From IMG/VR virus record IMGVR_UViG_3300037473_000089, positions 1-43,853 of that record: a stretch of DNA of 43,853 nt; one strand, written 5' to 3'. The DNA comes from a virus. A program made the position numbers and the translations under genes. The notes under the pieces are model-generated. The model worked only from the letters and a program-made list of their open reading frames with translations. It was not told the origin of the DNA and searched no databases. Each line of letters opens with the position of its first letter. Position 1 is the stretch's first letter. Shown in pieces: positions 9,320 to 18,858 of this stretch.

Positions 9320-9358
9320 CTGTGCGCGGCTAGGCCGCCCCTAATCGCAAACACCCGG

Positions 9359-9384
9359 AAGGGCGGCTTCGGCCGCCCTTTTTC
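9359..9384 (+). terminator. Rho-independent terminator after the moron
   Basis: AAGGGCGGC-ttcg-GCCGCCCTT followed by TTTCG. Confidence 0.8.
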
Positions 9385-9400
9385 GTATCTGGAGAACGCC

Positions 9401-12085
9401 ATGGCTGCTTCAGCGCGCCAGGATCTGTTCCTGAACATCACAGGCAGCGCTGACGGCCTGAGCCGCATCGCCAAGGCGGCCAAGATCACGCTGGCCGATT
9501 TGGGCGTCGCGTCGGGTGACCTTCAGAAGACGATGGCTGATAATTTCCAGAAGCTGGGCGGCAGCGAACTGGAGGCCAACACCCGGACGATCGAGGCGTC
9601 GTTCCGCCGTACCTTTGCCAATATCCGGGCGTCTGCCGAGGCTTCGATCGGCAAACCCATCACAGCGGAATCGATCCTCTCCACCAATATTAGCGGCGCG
9701 CAGGCCAGCCTCGCTGCGGCAAATGGGCAGGCCGCCTCGCTCCGAGGGCTTGCCGATGCGATGGCCCGCATCATCGCAACAAATCCGGCCGCGACAGATG
9801 GCCAGCGTGCATTGGCCATCACGCTTGAAGGCAGTGCACTCGCGGCAAAGGAAAATGTCGTCGCGCTGGAGCAGCAGATTTCGACATTGCAGGCCCTCGC
9901 GGCCGAGTCCGGTATTGCCGTGAACGCCGGCGACCGGGTCGTGGCCAGCCACGGCCGCATGTCGTCGTCTGGTATGATCCTTCAGCACGTCGTGCGCTCG
10001 ACGTCGGACAGCTTTGCGGCGGGCCTGCCGCCCACCATGATTTTTGCTGAGCAGATCGGCCGGCTGGGCGAGGCCGCGGCGTTGGCAGGCCCGGAAGGAG
10101 GGCTAGGCGCGTTCGGTGCGTTCATGTCTGGACCGTGGGGCCTTGCCGTCACCTCTGCTATCAGCATCGCATCTGTCCTGGGCAAAACGCTGCTGGAGAG
10201 CGGCGACGCGGCGAAGGATAGCGCCAAGGCGCATGACGCACTGAAAGATGCGATGGATCGGCTGGCCGGCTCGGAAGCCGCGCTGAACCACCAGACGCGG
10301 CAGGGCATTATCGACGATATCAACTCGGCCGCAGCGACGCGCCAGCGAGAGATCGCCACGCGTGGCCTGCTGGAGGCGGAGCTCCAGCGCGAGAGGGCGC
10401 TCGCCGCAACGACCGCATCCGCGCCGACGTCAGGCCGGGCGCTTGACGAGAGCGCGCAGTATACACGGCGCGACACGAGCACTCTCGCCAATGACCGCAT
10501 TGCGGACCTCGACAAGCAGCTCGCCGACAATCAGGCCAAGATCACAGATGCGAACAAGAAGATCCTCGATGGCGCGACGAAGATCATTCAGCGCGATGTC
10601 GAGGCGGCGACAGATCCGCGCTCCGCGATCAATCAGCGGTTCCAGGATCAGTCGGACCGGCTCGATCGAGCGTTCCAGTCGGGCAAGCTGACCCCTAGCG
10701 ACTATCGCGCCCAATATACGGCACTCACGACGCAGCGCGACAGCGCGCTTGAGGCCCAGCGGCCCGGCCGACGCCCGCGTGCGGACCACACCTCCGAGCG
10801 CGAGGCGAACAAGGACCGCGCCTATCAGTCGCAACTTGATCAGGCGCAGGACGCCTATAGCAAGGCGCAGGCTGACCTAGCGGACACCGCGGAGGCCCGG
10901 CTCCAGGTGGAGCAGCAGGAGCTTTGGGCTGGCCTCCAGCAGAAGAAGCTCGAACTCGACGATCAGGTGAAGGCCGGCAAGCTGACGCAGGCGCAGGCCG
11001 ATCACTTGAAGGAAATCTACGAGGGCACCGAAGAGCTTCAGGAGATTAATGCCCTCCAGAAAGAGCGTTCCCGCATCGCCCGCGAGCAGTTGGAAAAAGA
11101 CCAGCTGTATCTGGACGGGCAAATCGCGATCCTCGAATTGCAGAAGGATTTCGCTGTCGGCTCACGTGCGCAGCGCGATCTGGAACTGAAGATCCTGGCT
11201 GATCAGGAGCAGAAAGAGCGGAACGACCTCCAGAATAAGATCGACACGTCCACCGATCCGCACGCGGTTGAGGACGCAAAAACCCGCCTTGCGCAAATCG
11301 ATGCCGAACACCCGTACAAGGTCGAGCAGGTCAACCGGCAGACCGCTTCGCCGCTGGAGGCCTACCGCCAGCAGCTGCGCCAGAACGTCGGCGACACGAA
11401 CGACGCGCTTCAGGGCGTCGCGGTCGACGGCCTTAAGGGTCTAGAAGACGGCCTCGTCGGCATCATCTCGGGGACCGAGAGCGTCAAGCAGGCCTTCAAA
11501 CAGATGGCGACCTCGATCATCGCGGACCTCGCGCGGATCGCCATCGAAAAGGCCATCGTAAATGCGCTTGGCTCCGGGTTCTTCGGCCTGAAGGATGGCG
11601 GCTCGGTCAGCGGCTTCGCGGACGGCGGCATCCCCGGCTATGCCAGCGGCGGCCATATCCATGGCCCCGGTACCGGGCGCTCGGACAGCATCCTCGCGAT
11701 GGTGGGCGGCCGAAAGCCGATCCGCGTCGCGAACGGCGAGTTCATTGTCAACGCGGCGTCGACCCGTCGCTATCTGCCGCTGATCCGCGCCATCAACGAC
11801 AACCGCCTGCCGGGTTTCGCGGACGGCGGCCTGCCAGGCGGAGAGGTGCCCAACATGCGGACGCTGAGCCGCGGCGACATGCAGGCACTGGCCCCCGCCA
11901 AGGGCGGTGACCAGTATGTCGACCTCCGAGGCGCGATCGTCGATTCCGCACTCTGGGACCGGGTCAACAACATCGCGGCTTATCACGCCAAGGGTGCCGA
12001 GATCCGAGCCACGGCCAATGGCGCGAAACTCGGTCAGCAGCAGGCTCGCGCTGCGTCCGGCCGTCGCCTACCCACGAGGACATAG
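9401..12085 (+). CDS. Tail tape measure protein
   Basis: 894 aa, Ala/Gln/Glu-rich and coiled-coil-like, with a hydrophobic central segment and C-terminal GFADGG repeats. Position follows the chaperone. Confidence 0.9.
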   Translation: MAASARQDLFLNITGSADGLSRIAKAAKITLADLGVASGDLQKTMADNFQKLGGSELEANTRTIEASFRRTFANIRASAEASIGKPITAESILSTNISGAQASLAAANGQAASLRGLADAMARIIATNPAATDGQRALAITLEGSALAAKENVVALEQQISTLQALAAESGIAVNAGDRVVASHGRMSSSGMILQHVVRSTSDSFAAGLPPTMIFAEQIGRLGEAAALAGPEGGLGAFGAFMSGPWGLAVTSAISIASVLGKTLLESGDAAKDSAKAHDALKDAMDRLAGSEAALNHQTRQGIIDDINSAAATRQREIATRGLLEAELQRERALAATTASAPTSGRALDESAQYTRRDTSTLANDRIADLDKQLADNQAKITDANKKILDGATKIIQRDVEAATDPRSAINQRFQDQSDRLDRAFQSGKLTPSDYRAQYTALTTQRDSALEAQRPGRRPRADHTSEREANKDRAYQSQLDQAQDAYSKAQADLADTAEARLQVEQQELWAGLQQKKLELDDQVKAGKLTQAQADHLKEIYEGTEELQEINALQKERSRIAREQLEKDQLYLDGQIAILELQKDFAVGSRAQRDLELKILADQEQKERNDLQNKIDTSTDPHAVEDAKTRLAQIDAEHPYKVEQVNRQTASPLEAYRQQLRQNVGDTNDALQGVAVDGLKGLEDGLVGIISGTESVKQAFKQMATSIIADLARIAIEKAIVNALGSGFFGLKDGGSVSGFADGGIPGYASGGHIHGPGTGRSDSILAMVGGRKPIRVANGEFIVNAASTRRYLPLIRAINDNRLPGFADGGLPGGEVPNMRTLSRGDMQALAPAKGGDQYVDLRGAIVDSALWDRVNNIAAYHAKGAEIRATANGAKLGQQQARAASGRRLPTRT

Positions 12086-12088
12086 CCC

Positions 12089-12682
12089 TTGTCAGTTCTG
12101 CTCCCCTCATCTCCGGGCTTCCGCTCGGGGAAACCCCGGCTCGTGGACGCTGGCGGCGTGCAGCGGCCGCCTCAGGGCAGCGTCGCTATTCGCGTCAACC
12201 GTATGGGCAATCACTTTGCGATCGACGTCACGCCCTCCACGGCGCGGGCCAGCACCGAGGGCCGCATTCTCGTGGCACGATGCATCCGGGCGCTCACCGA
12301 AGGCGCCATCTACGCCTTCCCGCAGGACCTGAAACCGGGCGATGCGGGTTCGCCAGTCGTCGACGGCGGCGGTCAACAGGGCCAAGCGCTCAATCTGCGC
12401 GGGTTCCGGGCTGGCTATCAGGTGCTTGAGGGCCAGTTCTTCTCGCTGATCGTCGGCGGCCGGCGCTACCTTCATTGCGCCATGGCCGACGTCACCGCGA
12501 CCGGCGGCGGCGATATGCTGCTGCCGTTTCGGCCGATGCTCCGCGTCATCCCCGGTGACGGTGCCGTCTGCGAGTTCGCCCAGCCCATGATCGAGGGCTT
12601 CCTCGGCGGGACCGACTTCGAGTGGCAGCTTCAGGCGGCTCCGTACCTGGACGCCCCTTTCACGATCGAGGAGTCGGCATGA
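12089..12682 (+). CDS. Distal tail protein candidate
   Basis: 197 aa with a TTG start 4 nt after the tape measure stop. The call rests on position; no firm family was recognised. Confidence 0.5.
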   Translation: MSVLLPSSPGFRSGKPRLVDAGGVQRPPQGSVAIRVNRMGNHFAIDVTPSTARASTEGRILVARCIRALTEGAIYAFPQDLKPGDAGSPVVDGGGQQGQALNLRGFRAGYQVLEGQFFSLIVGGRRYLHCAMADVTATGGGDMLLPFRPMLRVIPGDGAVCEFAQPMIEGFLGGTDFEWQLQAAPYLDAPFTIEESA

Positions 12683-13269
12683 CGCGCCTGACCCCTGCGC
12701 TCGACGCGGCATTTGCTGCCCAGACGCACACCCCCTTCGGTGCGCTTCGCATCGCGCTCCCGTCGTACACGCTGCGCCTCTTGCTCGGCGGCGGCACGGC
12801 CATCTTCGGCGGCGAAACCTATGTTTCGAACGACCCGACCTTCGGCGCGCTCCAGTCGATCGATGATCTGTCCGACGGCACGGGCGACACCGCCCCGTCG
12901 CTGAGCTTCACGCTTCTGACCGCGAGCGACGCGGCAGCGGCAGCAATCGCCTCCGCCCAGATGCAGGGCTCCGAGGTCAAGCTGTTCATCGGCGCCGTAG
13001 ACCCGGAAACGGGTCAGGTCATCGGGACGGACCTGCGCTTCATTGGCGAGCTGGATGTGCCGAAGCTGATCGCCGGCAAGGGCAGCCGAGTCATCCAGTA
13101 CGACTGCATCTCCGCGTGGGACGACTTCTTCTTCGACGATGACGGCGCGCGGCTGAACGACACCTTCCACCAGTATATCTTCCCGGGAGAGCGTGGCTTG
13201 AGCTTCGTTTCAGCGGTCGCAGACCAGATTTATTGGGGCCAGGAAAACCCGTCGGGGGTGAAGCGGTGA
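12679..13269 (+). CDS. Tail tip/hub protein candidate (gpL / GTA g13-like position)
   Basis: 196 aa. ATG 12679 overlaps the upstream stop. ...FGALRIALPSYTLRLLLGGGTAIFGGETYVS... is reminiscent of DUF2163-type proteins. Confidence 0.5.
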   Translation: MTRLTPALDAAFAAQTHTPFGALRIALPSYTLRLLLGGGTAIFGGETYVSNDPTFGALQSIDDLSDGTGDTAPSLSFTLLTASDAAAAAIASAQMQGSEVKLFIGAVDPETGQVIGTDLRFIGELDVPKLIAGKGSRVIQYDCISAWDDFFFDDDGARLNDTFHQYIFPGERGLSFVSAVADQIYWGQENPSGVKR

Positions 13270-13703
13270 ACCGCGATCCTTCGCAGCAGATGGTCGTGCG
13301 CGTCGCCGCCGCGCAGGCCACGCTCGACCGGTTCAAAGACCGTCCTTTCGCGTGGGGCAAATATGATTGCGCGCGACTGGCGGCATACCACGCCCGCAAG
13401 ATGGGCTATCGGCCCTCGCTCTCGAAAGCGGGGCCATACGCCAGCGCTGGCAGCGCTCGCGCCGCGCTCAAGCGCCTCGGCTTTTCCAGCATCATAGAGG
13501 CTGTCGACGGGATGGGGTTCGAGCGCATTCCGCCCGCAGCGGCGATGGTCGGCGATCTCGTCGCCATGCCCGCGGTGGATGCGCTTGGCGCGATTGCTGT
13601 CGTTCTCGGGAACGGCCGAGTGCTCGGCTACCATGCCGACGCCGTGGGCGCGGCCGTGCTGCAACCGAACGAGATCGACGTCGCCTGGAGGATCAAGCCA
13701 TGA
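13266..13703 (+). CDS. NlpC/P60-like Cys-His tail protein (gpK / GTA g14 position)
   Basis: 145 aa with a GTGA overlap. FAWGKYDCARLAAYH provides a candidate catalytic Cys, followed later by GDLV and ...GYH. Confidence 0.5.
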   Translation: MNRDPSQQMVVRVAAAQATLDRFKDRPFAWGKYDCARLAAYHARKMGYRPSLSKAGPYASAGSARAALKRLGFSSIIEAVDGMGFERIPPAAAMVGDLVAMPAVDALGAIAVVLGNGRVLGYHADAVGAAVLQPNEIDVAWRIKP

Positions 13704-16700
13704 GCAAGATCTTCGCGACCGCCGCGATGGTGGTGGGCGGCATCGCTCTCGCGGCAACCGGCGTCGGTGCTGTCGCGCTGGGCGGCCTTGCCGGCACGCT
13801 CACCGTGGCCGGCGTCTCCACCACGACTCTCTTCGCGGTGGCCGGTGGCCTCGAAGTCGGATCGATGCTGCTCACGAAGCAGCCCAAGGGCTCGGGAAGC
13901 GGCGAACAGTCTCAGTGGAAGGCCGACCCTCAGGCGGGCATCCCCTATGCTTTTGGTCGGACGCGGGTCGGCGGCAACATCGTTTATCGCCGCGCCTATG
14001 GCGACACGAACAAGTGGCAGGAGATCATCACTGTCCTCAGCGCTGGCGGGCCGGTGCAGTCGATTGACCAGCTTTATATCGACAACACCGCCTATTCGGT
14101 CGGCGCCGACACCACGGTCAATTACGACTATGGCTATGTCTTCGAACGTCGCCAGCTAGGCCATGTCCCCGAGGCAACGGCTCTTCAGGTCGGCCAAGGC
14201 GGCTACCCTCCCGGCTGGGATGCCACCTGCAAGCTGTCGGGCTATGCCGCGGCCGCGATGCAGTTCGTGTTCGACACGAAGGGCAAGACGACGCTCACCT
14301 CGACCCCACAGGTCGCTTGGCTCGGGCATTGGGTAAGCACCTATGACCCTCGCAAGGACAGCACCTATCCCGGCGGCGCCGGTTCGCACCGTTGGAATGA
14401 CGAGAGCACTTGGGAATGGTCGGAGAACCCTTTTCTCCACGCGCTGACGTGGCTCATCGGCCGACACGCGAACGGCAAGCTCATCATCGGCGGCGGCTTC
14501 TCGATCGACGCCATCATCGTGAGCCAGTTCGTCGAGGGCGCGAACATCGCCGACACGAACGGGTGGACGATCGGCGGCCAGACTGACACGACCGCCGGCC
14601 GGTACGACACCTTCAAGGCGATGCTTCAGGCAGGCTCCGCTGAGCCGCTGGAGTTGGGCGCGCAGATCGGCTGTCTGATCAACACGCCGCGCGTCAGCCT
14701 TGCGACAATCACCGTCGACGACGTGATGGGCGATGCGAGCGTCGCGGCGACCCAGACGAAGAAGAGCCGGATCAACACGATTGTGCCGACGTGGCGCGAC
14801 GAGGGCAGCAATTGGGAGATGGTGCCGGCGGCGCCGGTGGTGGTGCCGGAGCATGTCGCGTTCGACAAGAAGGGCCGCTCGAAGGCCGTCACCTACAGCT
14901 ATGTGCAGAACCTCAAGCAGGTCGCCACGCTCGCCCGGTACGATATCGAGAACTCCCGCGAGTTCGGCCCCATCAGCCTGCCGCTCAAGCTGCGCTGGAT
15001 GGGCTATCAGCCCGGCGATTGCGTCACCGCGAACCTGCCAGAGGTCGGGCTCGACAATCAGTTGATCCTGATCACCAACCGCTCGCTGTCGCCGTCGGAC
15101 GCGATTGTCACGATGACAGCCCGGTCCGAGACCCCTGCGAAGCATGCGTTCGCGCTCGGCCAGACTACAACTGCACCGCCCACAGCGAGCGTCGGTGGTC
15201 CTGTGCTCGTCCCGACGCCCGGCGCCAACTCGTGGGCGATCGTCGCCGACGCGATCTCGTCGAATGGGACCACGATCCCCGCGCTTGTCATCACCGGCGC
15301 GGCGGACAGCAGCGTCATCGATGCGATCGTCTTCGAATATCGGGTCGCGAACAGCGGGCTTGGAGCCGATGACGGCTGGCAAACATATGGCTGGGCGTCG
15401 CCCTCCGCTCAGGAGTGCGTCATCACCGGCCTTAAGGACGGCGCCGCCTACGAGGTGTCGATCTCTTATCGGAAGGGCTCGGCGTCGTCGCTGGCCCGCC
15501 TGATCCTCGGCCCCTCGACGGTGAGCAGCACGGCGATCCCGTGGAGCGGTATCGGTGGCGACGGCAAGCCCGAGGACGGCGCGACCCGCAACGTCTTCAC
15601 CGGCCCCTACGACCCTAACCGCATCTACAAATATGGCGACGAGGTCTCCGATCAGCTCGCCGTTTGGCGCTACATCAGCATCCTCTCGGAAAAGGGCAAT
15701 GCGCCCCCAGCGCTGCCGGCCGAGAGCAATGCGTTCTGGTCGCTCTTCGTCCAAGGCGCGTCGCAGGAGATCATCGATGCCGTCGCCGGCATGGTGTCGG
15801 ATCAGGTGCTGGCCCGCTCGGAAAAGCTGGCGCTGATCAACGATATCGCCGCGATCCAATCGGAGGAGCCGAAGCTCGTCGCGCGGGCGACAGGATTGGG
15901 GCTCAGCACTACCGGATATGTCGCCGCCTACAGCGCGCTGATGACTTTCCTCAGCGGCCTCTCGCCGACTTGGGACGACACTTCGCAAGACACCCCGCTC
16001 CCGGACAAGACGACGCTGACGGCGCGGGTCGAGGCGTATTTCTCGCAGCGTGACGCGCTCACCGGCACGATCAACGATCAGGCCGATCAGGAAATCGCCA
16101 TCACCTCCGAGGCGGCAGCGGCGGCCAAGGCGGCGGCGGATGCGGCCAACACACTGGCGGGTACCGCGAACGCGGCGGCCTCCCTTGGCGCGCAGATGGC
16201 GGCGGACATTGCCGATAACGGCAAGTTCTCCCCGGCGGAGAAGAAGCGCTGGGTCGAGCGCATCAACAGCTTGAACGGCACGGTCGCCAGCGAGATCGCG
16301 CAGGGCAACCAACTCGGGCTTCAGGCGCAGACCGGCGCCCTCCAGACAGCCTACAACAACCTGATCAGCTATCTGAACTCGGTCGGTTATTCGGACGTCG
16401 GCCACACCTCGTCTATCAACTCAGGCACCTTCAAGGCGAATGTCGCCGCTTTCGATAATGCGGAGACGAACCTCGCGGTCGCCGCGCAGGCCTATGCGCA
16501 GTCTATGTCGGTCATCACGACCAGCAACCTCATCGTGGACCCGCTCTTTCAGCGGCCTACGGACGCCGGATCGTGGCAAGGGCCGCCAGCATCGACCAGC
16601 GGCGGGCAAGATGACCGGCTCGGCCGCCGCGCCTACTTCAATGCTTCGAGCGGCGACGTCGCGTGGGCGACACCAACCTTTCAGTGCGTGGGCACCGATC

Positions 16701-17824
16701 GACTGGACATTAACTTCGACTGGTTCTGCTCATCCGGCGTCGCTGGCGTGAACGGAGGGACGTCCTTCGGTATCTGGGCGTCCGGCTTCGACAGCAACGG
16801 CAACGCCCTTTGGAACAACGCCGTCACCGTTCCCTTCTCCGGCACCAAGAACCAGTGGCTGAAACAGACGGGCTCGATCATCGTCGCCAACATGCCGAGC
16901 GGCGCGAACACGACGAAGGTGTTCCTCTACGTTCAGGCGCAGGGCCATTCCGGCGGCGCGGTCTACATCCGCAACCCGCGTGTCGTGAAGGCCGCTGCGG
17001 CCAACGCGCTCCTCGGCGCGAACGGGCGCGGCCTATCTTCGACGCTCAACTCGACGAACGGTGTCGTCGGCGTCCGAGCCCTCAATCTGAGCGGTTTCCA
17101 GCTCAGCTTCACGGACACCGGCGGCGGCGGCACGGTCAACGTCGGCGCCGCCACCTATGAGCTCGATACGGGGATCACGATCAACTATCCGAGCGGCTCG
17201 TTCCCCGGCGCCGCGTACAGCACCACCTATTTCGTGTGGCGCTATGATCCCAATCTGGACGGGGGCTCGGGCTATGGGATTTCGACGAACCTGAGCGACG
17301 TGAACTCGCCACAGAACGTCTATCTCGGATATCTCACTACGCCGTCGGCGGGCGGTACTGGCGGCGGCGGTGGCGGCTGGGGCTCGGGCAACTGCGTCGA
17401 CCCGGATATGTTCGTCGAGGTCGAGGGGCGTGGTCCGGTCCGCGCGGCCGAGATCGTCGCGGGCGATCGCATCCTCTGCCTGACCGAGGACCATGCCGGC
17501 TTCGAGTTCGTCGACGTCGAGGCGAACGTCCTGGACGAAAATTGGAAGGTGGAGCTCAAGACCGAGAGCGGCGTCCGCCTCCGCCTGTCGATCAACACCC
17601 CGATCCCTCGGCAGGACGGCGGCTACAACATCGCGGCTCACGCGCCCTATGCGGCCGTGCCGATCCGCGACGGCGACATGGCGGGGCCGGACTGGCAGCG
17701 CGTCTCGATGATGCCGCTGCACCGCGGCCCGGTAGCGCGCATCAGCTGCCACGAACGGGTCTACGCCGCCGGCAGCGAACCCGGCCGGTACATCCTCACC
17801 CACAACACCACCGTCAAACCCTGA
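13700..17824 (+). CDS. Central tail fibre / host-specificity protein (lambda J / GTA g15-like), 1374 aa
   Basis: ATGA overlap with the upstream gene. Gly/Ala-rich hydrophobic N-terminus, J-like GIPYAFGRTRVGGNIVY, an FN3-like segment (FEYRVANSG...GAAYEVSISYRKG), an Ala-rich coiled coil, a beta-rich distal domain and a poly-Gly linker. A C-terminal Hint-like module is listed as the next feature. Confidence 0.85.
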   Translation: MSKIFATAAMVVGGIALAATGVGAVALGGLAGTLTVAGVSTTTLFAVAGGLEVGSMLLTKQPKGSGSGEQSQWKADPQAGIPYAFGRTRVGGNIVYRRAYGDTNKWQEIITVLSAGGPVQSIDQLYIDNTAYSVGADTTVNYDYGYVFERRQLGHVPEATALQVGQGGYPPGWDATCKLSGYAAAAMQFVFDTKGKTTLTSTPQVAWLGHWVSTYDPRKDSTYPGGAGSHRWNDESTWEWSENPFLHALTWLIGRHANGKLIIGGGFSIDAIIVSQFVEGANIADTNGWTIGGQTDTTAGRYDTFKAMLQAGSAEPLELGAQIGCLINTPRVSLATITVDDVMGDASVAATQTKKSRINTIVPTWRDEGSNWEMVPAAPVVVPEHVAFDKKGRSKAVTYSYVQNLKQVATLARYDIENSREFGPISLPLKLRWMGYQPGDCVTANLPEVGLDNQLILITNRSLSPSDAIVTMTARSETPAKHAFALGQTTTAPPTASVGGPVLVPTPGANSWAIVADAISSNGTTIPALVITGAADSSVIDAIVFEYRVANSGLGADDGWQTYGWASPSAQECVITGLKDGAAYEVSISYRKGSASSLARLILGPSTVSSTAIPWSGIGGDGKPEDGATRNVFTGPYDPNRIYKYGDEVSDQLAVWRYISILSEKGNAPPALPAESNAFWSLFVQGASQEIIDAVAGMVSDQVLARSEKLALINDIAAIQSEEPKLVARATGLGLSTTGYVAAYSALMTFLSGLSPTWDDTSQDTPLPDKTTLTARVEAYFSQRDALTGTINDQADQEIAITSEAAAAAKAAADAANTLAGTANAAASLGAQMAADIADNGKFSPAEKKRWVERINSLNGTVASEIAQGNQLGLQAQTGALQTAYNNLISYLNSVGYSDVGHTSSINSGTFKANVAAFDNAETNLAVAAQAYAQSMSVITTSNLIVDPLFQRPTDAGSWQGPPASTSGGQDDRLGRRAYFNASSGDVAWATPTFQCVGTDRLDINFDWFCSSGVAGVNGGTSFGIWASGFDSNGNALWNNAVTVPFSGTKNQWLKQTGSIIVANMPSGANTTKVFLYVQAQGHSGGAVYIRNPRVVKAAAANALLGANGRGLSSTLNSTNGVVGVRALNLSGFQLSFTDTGGGGTVNVGAATYELDTGITINYPSGSFPGAAYSTTYFVWRYDPNLDGGSGYGISTNLSDVNSPQNVYLGYLTTPSAGGTGGGGGGWGSGNCVDPDMFVEVEGRGPVRAAEIVAGDRILCLTEDHAGFEFVDVEANVLDENWKVELKTESGVRLRLSINTPIPRQDGGYNIAAHAPYAAVPIRDGDMAGPDWQRVSMMPLHRGPVARISCHERVYAAGSEPGRYILTHNTTVKP
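17393..17806 (+). other. Hint / mini-intein-like (BIL-like) autoprocessing domain at the C-terminus of the tail protein
   Basis: 138 aa starting at Cys1232 just after ...GGGGGGWGSGN. N-terminal strand CVDPDMFVEVEGRGPVRAAEIVAGDRILCL. It ends ...GRYILTHN(1369) followed by Thr, and only 5 residues (TTVKP) remain before the stop. Confidence 0.6.
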
Positions 17825-17831
17825 GGGCCAC

Positions 17832-18353
17832 ATGGCGATCGAAACCTATACGGCGGAGGAGATCATCTCCACGCCGCCCGAAGTCGTGCTCACCGATCTG
17901 CCGCTGGTGGGAGAGCCGGCTACCGACCGAGGCTTCGTGACTGAGAACGGTACGAAGATCCGCGCGCGCATCATCCAGATCGGCAGCCATGAGACGCGCG
18001 CGCCGACCTCGGGCGATGTCGTGGTGGCGCCGAGCGGCCGCATCCTGTCCCTGACGCTCGCCAAGCTGAACGACGATCACAGCGTGGCCACGGACAGCAC
18101 TGGCGCCTTCCTCATCATGGATCGGCACGAGCTGATCCTGTCGGACGAGGCGATGAAGAACCCGACCTTCGATGTGGGTGCCGCCGTCGAGGCGATCGTG
18201 CGTCAGCAAGCGCATCTGCTCGAACAGCGCGTCGCGAACCGCGCATCCGTGACCGACTATCTCGCCCAGCATTGGGGCGGTGCGGTGCTCCCGCCGCCGC
18301 CTGAACCCGAACCGACCACGGACCCGGCCGAGCCGGTCGCCGCGGCGGCCTAA
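17832..18353 (+). CDS. Hypothetical protein with Pro-rich tail (fibre locus)
   Basis: 173-aa ORF 8 nt after the tail protein gene. No family recognised. Confidence 0.55.
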   Translation: MAIETYTAEEIISTPPEVVLTDLPLVGEPATDRGFVTENGTKIRARIIQIGSHETRAPTSGDVVVAPSGRILSLTLAKLNDDHSVATDSTGAFLIMDRHELILSDEAMKNPTFDVGAAVEAIVRQQAHLLEQRVANRASVTDYLAQHWGGAVLPPPPEPEPTTDPAEPVAAAA

Positions 18354-18429
18354 CCCCCAACCATCACGAAACGCCCGCACCGGGCGGCCACTCGGCCGCG
18401 CGGCGACGGCGCTTGTCTGGAGAACATCA

Positions 18430-18840
18430 ATGCCCGCTATGCAGTTTTCCGTCGCCGTCGGTAACGGCCGCCTCGACTCGATCGAGAACACGATCGGCAC
18501 CGCACCGATCCTCAAGATGTTCTCCGGCACCATGCCCGCCAACAGCGGCGCGGCCGATTCCGGCACGGTCCTCGCGACGATCAATCTTCCCTCCGACTGG
18601 ATGCAGGCGGCAGTCAGCCGCACCAAGACGATGTCGGGCACTTGGGAGGACACGTCCGCGGATGCCGATGGCACTGCGGCATTCTTCCGTATCTACGCCT
18701 CCGACGGCGTTACCTGCCACATTCAGGGCACGGTGAGCCTGACCGGCGGCGGCGGCGCGATGACCGTCGACAACGTGATTTTCAAGGCCGGTCAGGACTT
18801 CAAGATCACGGCCTTCGCCATCACCGACGGCAACCAGTAA
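18430..18840 (+). CDS. Hypothetical protein (fibre locus)
   Basis: 136 aa from ATG 18430, RBS GGAGA upstream. The ORF-track extension to 18280 is rejected. Confidence 0.55.
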   Translation: MPAMQFSVAVGNGRLDSIENTIGTAPILKMFSGTMPANSGAADSGTVLATINLPSDWMQAAVSRTKTMSGTWEDTSADADGTAAFFRIYASDGVTCHIQGTVSLTGGGGAMTVDNVIFKAGQDFKITAFAITDGNQ

Positions 18841-18858
18841 GCGTCGGGGGCTGCCAGC

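Noticed and set aside
14156-16405. 749-aa minus-strand ORF antisense to the tail protein gene. Similar long antisense ORFs lie at 1965-3608, 4262-5764, 17033-17833, 18427-20385 and 41321-42310.
   Set aside because: They are Arg/Ala/Gly/Pro-rich nonsense typical of stop-codon-poor antisense frames in ~65% GC DNA. Each lies fully inside a sense gene with clear family signatures and proper RBS/start context.
17822-17834. Possibility that the 173-aa ORF downstream of the Hint-like module is its C-extein reached by readthrough.
   Set aside because: The downstream ORF is in a different frame. The in-frame readthrough product is Arg/Gly-rich nonsense that terminates quickly.
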